Source: Eledone cirrhosa
Taxonomy: Eukaryota
DNA: 64,000 nucleotides
Assembly: GCA_964016885.1 (NCBI GenBank)
Contig: OZ024741.1
Span: 320,478,001-320,542,000 of the forward strand
Reading direction: 5' to 3'
The notes under the pieces: generated by a model
What the model saw: the letters and a program-made list of their open reading frames with translations, nothing else
Told to the model about the DNA's origin: nothing
Databases searched by the model: none
Made by a program: the position numbers and the translations under genes
Shown here: positions 41,437-54,005 of the stretch, piece after piece
Numbering within the stretch: position 1 is the first letter of the stretch
Layout of the letters: every line of letters begins with the position of its first letter

Positions 41437-41655
41437 TTAAGTTAAAAATGTACATCCACATATGTATACTGAAATACTAGTATGCATATGAATACACACA
41501 CGTATACATATGTAGATGTACCGAGTTTTTCACTGGTCACTTTACTGTGAGTGTCCAGCTATTCTGTATGTAAACACACAGACAAACCGGTTTTTAGAGT
41601 CATACTGGTTTTTGAGGAAACACCTTTCCTCTATTCTCCAGAAAGCCAGACAAGG

Positions 41656-41700
41656 AATATTGAACTAGTTTCGATGTTGTTACATCTCATCAGCAATATT
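41656..41700 (-). ncRNA. Minimal type I hammerhead ribozyme
   Basis: Minus strand reads AATATTG-CTGATGA-GATGT AACA ACATC-GAAA-CTAG-TT-CAATATT; perfect stems I and II; GUU triplet. Confidence 0.9.
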
Positions 41701-42121
41701 TACCTATCTTCCGGCCTTTCTAGAGAATCGTAAAAGCACATATCGTTATATGCTTTTTCTATGAAAATTAGTAGTGGGCAGACTAATTTGCATAGAGCGT
41801 GAGTACGTACCGGTTCAACGGAGACGATAAAAACAAATAACGAAACGAAATTAAATTTCGTTTCGTTTGTAACTCACTTTTGTATGACTGACGCTTAAAC
41901 AATTAAGTTAAAAATGTACATCCACATATGTATACTGAAATACTAGTATGCATATGAATACACACACGTATACATATGTAGATGTACCGAGTTTTTCACT
42001 GGTCACTTTACTGTGAGTGTCCAGCTATTCTGTATGTAAACACATAGACAAACCGGTTTTTAGAGTCATACTGGTTTTTGAGGAAACACCTTTCCTCTAT
42101 TCTCCAGAAAGCCAGACAAGG

Positions 42122-42166
42122 AATATTGAACTAGTTTCGATGTTGTTACATCTCATCAGCAATATT
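42122..42166 (-). ncRNA. Minimal type I hammerhead ribozyme (second copy)
   Basis: Identical to 41656-41700, 466 bp away. Confidence 0.9.
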
Positions 42167-42689
42167 TACCTATCTTCCGGCCTTTCTAGAGAATCGTAAA
42201 AGCACATATCGTTATATGCTTTTTCTATGAAAATTAGTAGTGGGCAGACTAATTTGCATAGAGCGTGAGTACATACCGGTTCAACGGAGACGATAAAAAC
42301 AAATAACGAAACGAAATTAAATTTCGTTTCGTTTGTAACTCACTTTTGTATGACTTGTTTTTATCCCCTCCCCCCAAAAACAGTGCCTACTGTGTGGTGT
42401 ATCTGTATAAGATTGGTGAAAGATGTGACATCTATCTTTAGTAGTTGCAGCAATTACATAGACTCCCAGCAAGAGACGAACTCATATGTTCATTTGAAAA
42501 TACATTCTGTTGCCTGTCAAGTAAGAAGCAATCCGTGAAAAATTCATTCTTAAGACAGATGTGAAATCTTATCGTTAAATACACCAGCTTATCAATATTT
42601 ACATGCAGTCGTGTTTATACCTGCCCACGTACATACTTATAAATTTAATATATCTCACACACACACGCACATACTTACATATATGCATA

Positions 42690-44110
<1,421 letters not shown>

Positions 44111-44555
44111 GTAATCTTTTTTTCGATTACAGATAAAAATATTTATTTAAATGGAAAAGAAAAAGAAAGGACGATGGCTTCAAAAACAACATTGAAAACA
44201 ATGCCACCGGCAACTGACGAACAGCGCCGGGAAGGATAATAAATGTGGCGACATATGATAATGATGAAGAGAAAAAGAGAACTTTCTCTATATACATATA
44301 TAAATAGTGGATGAAATGAGGGAGGGAGGTGGAAAATACGACGATGGAGAGAAAGAGAGAGGAGGGGTAGTGGTGGTGGTATGTGAGTGAAGGAATGGGG
44401 GGAGGGCGGAGTTTGGAGAGCATTAAACTTGAGTTATCTAATTGGTCCGGTGCTTTGTAAGGAAAATATGTTTCAATAAATAGATTAGACACAACGGAAG
44501 AGATTAAACTCATTAAAAAATGATGGTGATAGAGATAACGTGACAGAGAGAGAGA

Positions 44556-44625
<70 letters not shown>

Positions 44626-44724
44626 AGGGGCAGGGAGTGGAGAGAGAGAAAGAGAGAGGCAGCGGGGGAGAGAACAAATTATTCTATGAAGACCACCGCG
44701 CAAATAACACACACACATATATAC

Positions 44725-44761
<37 letters not shown>

Positions 44762-44982
44762 GAGAGAGAGATAGATATACAAAAAATATAATTGAATATA
44801 TGAGAGAGATGAACACAGATATAAGTATACATGTGTTCCAATTACAAAGGACCAGGTTAACTAGGTTGAAAAACATACTAACTTAATACAATATGGTTTG
44901 CCTGACTCGATTTAAAGTAATGAATCAATAAAAATAACAAACCTGTATCGGGCAAAAGCCTTTGATACCCATGAGTTTCTAA

Positions 44983-45042
<60 letters not shown>

Positions 45043-45260
45043 ATATAAAGAAAAAAGATGAAATCGAAAATGCAACTGGAGTCTTATTTTTAAAAAAAAT
45101 ATATATTTATTTGGTTCCTTTACCGGTTTCCCAGTTCTTCTGCTTTTCAAAATTAGACTTGAGATGGAAGGTCTGTGGTTTTTCTCACATCTGGTTGGTC
45201 TTTGAATGTTACTTGTTTTATATGGAAAAAAGTGGCTCGAAAGGCCAGGTTTTTAGAGAA

Positions 45261-45470
45261 GTAATTTGATTGGTTGGTCAATAATTATAATAAATTTCGC
45301 GCCAGTTCGCGTTACAAAGTTCTTCACAAACAGGGGCGGGGGGCTCAGGTTGTTTTTTCATATATGAGTGTTTGAATTTCTTTTTACTTAAAAAAAAGGG
45401 GATCACGAAGGCTTTTTTTTAATAAACGTAATTTGATTGGTTATAAATGAAATTATGTCTGTCACGTGAA
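45261..45470. promoter_or_regulatory. Candidate promoter-like motif cluster (CCAAT, E2F, GC box, CHR-like, E-box)
   Basis: ATTGG 45269-45273 and 45436-45440; TTTCGCGCCA 45295-45304; GGGGCGGGG 45333-45341; TTTGAA 45371-45376; CACGTG 45463-45468. Confidence 0.3.
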
Positions 45471-46043
45471 CAAGTTTTCATTAAAATTTGTGCCCGTATT
45501 TGGAAATCTATTCTGTAGCCTTTTTAGAGAATTTTATGACAAGCAAAAGATAATGGTCAAGAGAAATGGGATGGGAGAATTGTTCTGGTTCAGTGAATAT
45601 GGTTAGTTCGCTGGGGTGTCAGAATTCAGATTTTCTATTGAAATAAAGAAAGTAAAGATATGTATGTTTATTTGTGTGCTTGTGTGTGTGTGTGTGTGTG
45701 TTGCGTGTGTGTGTTTGAATTTCTTTTTACTTAAAAAAAAAGAAGGGCCTCACGAAGGCTTTTTTTTTATAAACGTAATTTGATTGGTTATAAATGAAAT
45801 TATGGCTGTCACGTGAACAAGTTTTCATTAAATATAGCGCCCGTATTTGGAAATCTATTCTGTAGCCTTTTTAGAGAATTTTATGACAAGCAAAAGATAA
45901 TGGTCAAGAGAAATGGGGTGGGTGAATTGTTCTGGTTCAGTGAATATGGTTAGTTCGCTGAGGTGTCAGAATTCAGATTTTCTATTGAAATAAAGAAAGT
46001 AAAGATATGTATGTTTATTTATGTGCTTGTGTGTGTGTGTGTG
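45368..46043. repeat. Tandem duplication, period about 343 bp
   Basis: GTGTTTGAATTTCTTTTTACTT at 45368 and 45711; units end in (GT)n. Confidence 0.9.
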
Positions 46044-46576
46044 TATTGGAAGATGATTCTATTAGTAGAAATGGGGAAGGGAGTTGTGTGTGTGTGTGTA
46101 TATGGGTGTTATGTGTGTGTGTGTGGGAGTATGTTAAGATGGAGAGAATATATATATTTTGTGAGTGTGTATATATATATGTGTGTAGGAAAGTGATTCA
46201 ATTAGTAGAAATGGGGGAGGGAGTTGTGTGTGTGTGGGGTGGGGGTTGTTATGTGTGTGTATGGGTGTTATGCGTGTGTGGGAGCATGGTTAGCATGTTA
46301 AGATGAAGAGAATATATATATATTGTGTGTGTGTGTGTGTGTAGGAAAATGATTCCTTTAGTAGGAATATTTTTGAATGAACATATTTTCCTTACTTATT
46401 GAGTATCTGATCAGAGCTCTATCTCAAAATTATTTTTGAAAAGCATTAGTAATGCGCAACCGGTAAAACTTAAAACCAAAACTGAATACTAACCAATAAT
46501 TTTACTAATTCTCACTTATTCCTAATTAAACTATTTTTCACTGTGAACAATTTGTCAGCATTTCCTATTCCGTTTA

Positions 46577-46636
<60 letters not shown>

Positions 46637-46690
46637 CATATATACCTATATGCATATATATACCATATATACATATATGTATATGTGGTA

Positions 46691-46751
<61 letters not shown>

Positions 46752-47098
46752 CGGCTGGCTTACCGGTCGCTATCTTCAATTTGTAAAGCTGTCTAAACGT
46801 AATGTTATTACTCTAAGGTATAAGGTAAAATACCTTATTGAGTGCTTAGCTGCACATTCCGATTGTATTCGTTAGCTTAGCTGCAGCCAGAGCTTCGATT
46901 ATGCTGTACTTCCATTTATATATATATGAAGATATGGTATAACGAAGGAATTGTGGTAAGGAACCAGATGGACCATAACGCACCAGAGTACTCAATACTT
47001 ACGGTAGTAGAGTGGGTAATATATATATATGTATATATTAATATATATATATATATATTTACTTATATATATATATATATTAATACACACACACACAG

Positions 47099-47135
<37 letters not shown>

Positions 47136-48159
47136 CACTCTTTTATTGTTTGTTTGTTTAATTAATGGATATAACTTGTAGCTACCGCTGGCAGACTCCG
47201 ATGCATTAAGCAAAATTACTCAACGTTGAACATAGCATACATCATAAATTTGGTATCTTGAGGTTAGTGCATGAGTTAAATCCTAAAATGAAAAAGAAAA
47301 GGCTTTAATGTTTCGTAAGAACAAAATACGTATTTCTATGGTCATTGGCATACGCCGTCACATTATCATGCTAGACACTCGGCGACATCGTCAGGAGTAA
47401 AAAAACATTAAACATTCGGTAATCAACGTTTAGTGGCCTTAGAATATAAACAGAGATTTGGTACAGGGGTGGTCCGTCAATCGATGTATTCACTATGACG
47501 GCCCCCATATGACACTATGACAGCCCCCATATACCACACACTCAACAATGTTAAGCGTTGGGATTTGTAGTTTTGAGTGGGTGTACGACTAGCTGTGATT
47601 AATAGCGTCCAATATCAGCACACTGTAGAACGTTGCTGTCAAGCACCCCGCCTTGGTCGCGCCTACAAACTCACGCTGGCAAGCAATGGCTGACATCCAC
47701 ACTCATAAGCGTCTGGTGGAACTGGAAATGTGTCGTTCACTACGAGTTGTTCCCTCCGAATCGCTGCAAATATTTCAGTGGTTCATCCGCATTATCGTTC
47801 TGAGAAATTCGTTCGTGACAACATTTGGCGGCATATATGAATTGTGACACGTGAGAAACTGCTGGAGTTTCGTCTGACCTCGCGTCGACAACTATCACAT
47901 TTTTCTCTCAATGTACAATGAGTCAAAGTCTTTCGCCAAGGAAGACTAGTTAAATCAGTCTTTGCATCGAAGCCAGGAAAGCGCATATGATGGTGATTAT
48001 TTTGACTAGTAAAATGTTCCTAATGTGGAAAAAATCTCAATGTCAGGAAAAATCTGAAAGACGGAAGAGAGCTTTCAATCCAACATAATATATATATATA
48101 TATATATATAAAATAAAGTTAAATAAAAGACAAATGATTAAAATTTAGCTTCGTTTATT

Positions 48160-48214
48160 ACTGCTATATATATTTCAGTGACAGCCATCTTTGGCTGTGA
48201 CCTCTTCAGGCAGT
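48160..48214 (-). ncRNA. Type I hammerhead ribozyme in a pLTR-like segment beside a Penelope element
   Basis: Minus strand reads ACTGC-CTGAAGA-GGTCACAGCCA AAGA TGGCTGTCACT-GAAA-TATATA-TA-GCAGT; palindromic stem III; AUA triplet. Confidence 0.85.
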
Positions 48215-48264
48215 TTGAATTAGTATGGTATAGACAAGTACATATGTTGTTTAGGTGTATAATA

Positions 48265-48346
48265 TTGTCAATACTCTGATATGCCCAGTTCCTTGTTGGG
48301 TTGTTAACAACCCAACAAGGAACTGGGCATATCAGAGTATTGACAA
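48265..48346. repeat. Perfect 82-bp spacerless palindrome
   Basis: 41-bp arms centred at 48305/48306. Confidence 0.95.
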
Positions 48347-51300
48347 AGTGATACATATGATACATTTCCTATTGGTACAGTGGGTTTTCTTAAAAGGGTA
48401 GGTTTTCCTGATCAGGGATCTTATGGTGGTTCCTGGCTTTTCTACCACCTTTATTTTTAAGTGGGTCTTTCTCAGGGCCTTTCTACACTGGTTAGCTAAT
48501 TTCCCTCCAGGGGTGGCGTCCACAAACATGACAGTCTGGTATCTCTGGTGAACAGTAACGGTGAAGTAAACAACAATACATCTAGCAATCATAACAATAA
48601 TAGTAATGCTAATGATAGAAACAACAACAACCACCCTGATAACAATAATAGCAACACACACAACTATGACGATAGATATAATGACAACCCTTAGAGAAAC
48701 TATTTTTCAACCCAGCTGACAAAACATATAAGATGGGTAATATCTATCCTACGAGGTTACCGTTTAATAAAAGAGTTTGCATAGCACAACAAATAGATGA
48801 CGAGACAGAGGCACAGTTCACCATAGCTAGAAATAAGATTAGACAAATAGTAGACAGGTATACTAAGAGACAGAGCAGACCAGAGGCCCAACAACTTGGG
48901 AGGAAACCTGTAGAAGGCTTGGTTAGCCTCAAGCAGCGCACAAGGGATGGTGAGGTAGTGTGTCTACCCACGGATAAGTCTGGTAGGATGTCAATAGATA
49001 GCATGCCGAACTACATCGAGGCTATGCAACCCCACATCACCAACACGGGCGAAATTGCACAACAAACACACGATGGGAGAGAAAAAATCCTCAACGCTCA
49101 CATGATGATGTGGACTGACATCCTAAAGCCAAGCAGACGCACTGCCAACAAATTCCATGCGTCTAAAAATGGCATACTACCCTTGTATGGGCTCCGCAAA
49201 GACCACAAGACAGTCGACGACCCGACAACAGGACCACCAACAAGACCCGTATGCGGAGCTAATATAGCTAGCAACTACAGGATCTCCTACTTCCTCTCAA
49301 TGGTTATACGCCCCATAATCAAGATGTCCCCAGATGTATGTGACAGTACAGAGGACCTCCTCAGTAGAATCAGTGAGTGCAACAAAAACAGGAGCCTATC
49401 CAACTGCATAATAGGCAGCATGGATGTGGTGTCACTGTACCCATCCATTAACATTGATTTTGCTGTGAAAAGATGTGTGGAGATGATCAGTGATAGTGAG
49501 GTGGAGTTCTGCGACGTCGACACAGACGAACTGGGCCTCCTACTTAGACTTACCTTCGACACTGACTACCTAGACAGCCATGACCTTAGATGTTTCTGCC
49601 CTAGTAGACCTATAAGAGGTAGACCGCCCACCATAACCTCAATGGCAAAAAAGACTCCCATGGGAAGGTGGATTGGGTGGACCAAAGCTATACGGACCCC
49701 CCCAAAACAATGATCAGGTAAGAAAAATGGTCGCACATGCAATAGGGGCTAGTATTAAAACTACCCTAAAGGGCCACATATTTAAGTTCAATGAGAAAAT
49801 CCACACCCAAAATGAGGGAGCAGCCATCGGCGTCAGCATAGCTGGTGATGTTGCCAACCTTTTCATGGTATGGTGGGAAAGGAGACTTAAAGATCTCCTT
49901 AATGAAAGCTCCATAGACCTCATCATGTACTCTCGTTATGTAGACGATATCAATATAGTTATAAGAACACCCCCACTAGAGAGCACTAGTAAGTTTTATT
50001 TAGAACGTAGCACGATGGAAAGCATCCAGCAGATAGCTAATTCCATACACCAGAGTATAACTGTAACTATCGACTTCCCTTCCAAACACCCTAACAATAA
50101 ACTACCTGTATTAGACACAGAACTCTGGATTAACACTATAGACGAGAGAGTCCAAATTCTCCACTCACACTATGCTAAACCCATGGCCTCCAAATACCTG
50201 ATACTCAAAAACTCAGCAATGTCCAGTTGTGCTAAGTTTAATATTCTGATCGCAGATTTGGTACGAGTGATGAAGAATGTGTCCCGCATGTGCGACCCAA
50301 CAGAAATGGAAAAACACATCCAACACTTCATCAACCGCATGCAGTTCTCTGGCTACAACCAAAGAGACAGAATCAGAGTATACGAAGGAGCCATGGAAAA
50401 GTATAAGACCCTCATAGAACTGGACATGAAAGGAATTTGTCCATTATACAGGAGCAAATCATGGAATAGCTTAGATAGGGCTAGACATAAGATAGGGAAA
50501 GCCACCTCATGGTACGACAACCAGAGATACCAGAGTGTCATGTTTGTGGACGCCACCCCTGGAGGGAAATTAGCTAACCAGTGTAGAAAGGCCCTGAGAA
50601 AGACCCACTTAAAAATAAAGGTGGTAGAAAAGCCAGGAACCACCATAAAATCCCTGATTAGCAAAACCTACCCTTTTAAGAAAACCCACTGTACCAATAG
50701 GAAATGTATCATATGTAAGGTGAACCCCCGGATAAACTGTAAAACTAGAAACGTAGTCTATAGCATAAGATGTACAGAGGGTACTTGCAGACACATGACA
50801 ACAGCATACATAGGTGAGACAGCTCGTAGCATAGGTGAAAGGATAGTCCAACACTGTGGGGAACTAAAAGGACGAAAAAACGGGTCAGTACTATACGAAC
50901 ATGCTAGACAACAACATGACGGTAATATAGACAACATAGAAATTAGAATAATATCTAAATATAGAAATGACCCAGCAGATAGGCAAATCAGAGAGGCCAG
51001 TGAAATAGAAATTAGAAGACCAAAGCTAAACAAAAAGAATGAATGGAATAACAACAACACCCAAACAAACAACACTGACCTAAGAGAAGTATAAATAAGT
51101 AAATTATATAAAATAAGATAAATAAATAAATAAATAAATACATACACAAGCACAATAACAACAAGCACATAAACACACACTAGTCACCCATCAAACAACA
51201 AACATAACACTATACACACACGCAAACGCATGCGCAAAGAAAACAAAATAAAATAAACAAACAAGCAAATAAATAAATAAATAAATATATAGACAGACTG

Positions 51301-51396
51301 AATAAAAACGGCGTAGACATACAACACAACAGGAGGAAAAAATATAACACCACTGACGATGTTGCAGATGTGCAACGAAAGATTTATGATAAACTA
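48347..51396 (+). mobile_element. Penelope-like element with an inverted internal copy at its 5' side
   Basis: 48347-48549 is the reverse complement of about 50521-50716; RT/GIY-YIG ORFs; hammerhead-like core at the 3' end. Confidence 0.88.
48733..51094 (+). CDS. Penelope-type RT + GIY-YIG endonuclease (one frameshift near 49700)
   Basis: PTDKSG, LYGLRKDHK, PTRPV, SMDVVSLYPSI, GAAIG..VANLFM, RYVDD, LPVLD; NVVYSIRC..YIGETARSIGERIVQH..E..PKLN. Confidence 0.9.
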
Positions 51397-51765
51397 TATA
51401 TATGTGTTTGTGTCTATATTGTATCTGTATTATTTTTTGACCGTCGGTCAGTCAATGGCAACATTGTGGACCGAGTAAGTTAGATTACCGATATAAAAGA
51501 CAGCGAGAAGCGAAAACCAACCAAACAGTGAATGTGTTCTGTTATTAATTCTGGCAATATTACAAAAATATGACCCTCCCCAAGTATAACAATAGTTGTT
51601 TCGACACACGATTTCATATAAAAAACCTCGCAAAACTAATTCATCGCCGCTATATATATACCAATATATATATATATATATATATAACGATGGAAATGTG
51701 GTAAGGAACCAGGTGGACCATAACGCACCAAAGTACTCAATACTTAGGGTAGTAGAGTATGTAAT

Positions 51766-51886
51766 AGGAACGAGTAGGACCGGGACGGCTGAGCTCAAGC
51801 CGTTTCGACGGCTAATTCTGGACGAGAATTGGTCCAGAATTAGCCGTCGAAACGGCTTGAGCTCAGCCGTCGGGATCCTACTCGTT

Positions 51887-51890
<4 letters not shown>
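51766..51890. repeat. GC-rich fold-back palindrome containing a hammerhead 3' half
   Basis: Arms of about 58 bp with a 4-nt mismatch and an 8-nt loop; GAAA-CGGCT..AGCCG-TC on both strands. Confidence 0.85.
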
Positions 51891-51932
<42 letters not shown>

Positions 51933-52359
51933 TGTGTGTGTGTGTGTGTGTGTAATTTATCCATGTCCATTTACGGAAGAAAAGCGCTTGCTAAACTTTC
52001 AAGGCCTAATTTTAACCATCTCCCTAGATTGTAAAGCGATTGAATTTGTGAAAAGAAAGCGAAAAACAACACAGGAAAACAACAGAGTGAAAGGAAAATA
52101 TAGATTAGTTCAACGTTTACTATATTAGGAGATTATTTAAATAGTGAACGTTAATCTCTCATCAGAAAATAGAATGAGTGATAGACGAGAATGAGGAGGG
52201 AAGCAATGGAGAAAAAGAGAGAATTAGGAATAGTTTTCCGAACAGGAACGGAAGAGAACTACAGTTAAATAAAATTGTAAATATATCAGTAGGATGTTCT
52301 CTAAATCCCGAGCGCTGATATGAACTATTAGTCTATTGCCTCGATATGGCAATAGTCTA

Positions 52360-52479
<120 letters not shown>

Positions 52480-53034
52480 GCGTGTGCGTGTGTTCTGATG
52501 AATGACTAGTGTCCAAAATATAGCGATGCTTTTCCTACTACATCAAGCGTTAAACTTATATTTCTTCATTGTATTGTGTTACTTGCTTTGTTGTTTCTGT
52601 CTACTTTTTGCATATATATATATATATATATGTATTTACATATAGATAAACACACAGAAACACGCATACACACTCACGCCCTTATATATATATGTGCGCG
52701 TGTTTGTGTGTGTATAGCTATATGTAAATACATTTATGGTAACAAACGAAAAAGTAGACACGAGAAACCAAGAGATGGTGTACAGTTTAAACTCATTGAG
52801 AATCTTTTGATGATGCACTCAATTGATATTCCAAGTTTTACGCACGCAATTCATGGTAATTAAACGTTAGACACTATATGGTCAATAAAACATAGACTCT
52901 TATTGATTAAGACATCATGTAGTTGAATACGTAGTATAACGAAAACGTAGCTTACTGGACAGCTGTGGAGTGAAGTAGATTACTCATTCGAAATCTGTCT
53001 TATGAAATACTTTGTCTATGGCAGACAAATATTG

Positions 53035-53265
53035 GTTTCTGATTTAGGCACAAGGCCAACAATGTTTATGTTTTTGTCATTTGTTTGAATTTTGGTGGGG
53101 GGGGGGGGGGTCGATTTAATCGACCCAGTGCATTACAAGTACTTTATTTTATCGACCCCGTAATGATTAAAGGCAAAGCTAACCTCGACAGGATTTGAAC
53201 TCAGAATGTAAAGGGTCGTAACTCTATGTCGCTAAGTATGTTGTCCGACGCTCTATCCACCGCCC
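53035..53265 (-). mobile_element. tRNA-derived SINE
   Basis: Family core present. Confidence 0.78.
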
Positions 53266-53969
53266 TAATAACAGGCAAATAATAAAACATTTAGAAGGTT
53301 TTAATGAATGTTCTCATTATTAAAGTGTTTGTAACATAACTTAACAAAGATTCATACATAAAATTATGAATTAAAATAGACAGCTTCGTATGCTAGAATG
53401 AGGAGCAGTTTCAGTATTAAAAGCTTTAATTAAACTGATAACTGTGGTTTTAAGGCAGCTGGCTCTTGCCCCTGTGGAAAATCTATCTGATGATGGTAAT
53501 GACATACTAATTCTTCTCTCTGGTTAACTACTATCGCAGACTATTTTAATAGCTGCAACTTTTCAGTTAGACAAAACCAACAATGTGGTCATCGATCGAA
53601 ATATGGAGTGTATTTATCTTGGCTCCTTCATTTTGTTGTTGTCATTCAATTAACAAGTTCCTCACAATAGAATGAGAAACAAGCCACTGTAAGAAACCAA
53701 TTTTCCTTGTAGCTGTAGGTATTTTTGTTATTGTTATTGTTGCGTTCTTTCGGCTAATATCAGCGTATGTCAGAAGATTTATGATCAATGAATGACTTTC
53801 CAGCCGTCAACAAGCGGACTTTGATTTTCAGGCATGATGTATATGGAACTTCTTTTAAGGCGTGATTCAAAGTGCGTGATTCAAAGGAGATATGATTCTG
53901 CATCTGTTTCTGTATATGTATGTATATATAGGGAGAAAGAGAGAGAAAGGGGAGAGAGATTATATATAT

Positions 53970-54005
<36 letters not shown>

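Larger units (their letters stand above)
41436..42355 (-). mobile_element. Head-to-tail dimer of a 466-bp ORF-less hammerhead unit (retrozyme-like)
   Basis: 41436-41901 and 41902-42355 near identical (2 substitutions seen); one hammerhead per unit; abuts (AT)n. Confidence 0.85.

Noticed and set aside
41551-42199. Duplicated 60-aa ORF in the 466-bp unit
   Set aside because: Non-ATG start, antisense to the ribozyme and not conserved in the homologous 33158 unit
44117-44240. Acceptor-like TTTTTTTCGATTACAG followed by IKI..KWKRK (homeobox helix-3-like)
   Set aside because: WFQNRR is absent, the frame is broken and no upstream homeobox exon was found
47318-47400. Minus-strand CTGACGA...GAAATACGTATT hammerhead-like motif
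   Set aside because: Stem III is palindromic, but there is no stem I pairing and the base of stem II is poor
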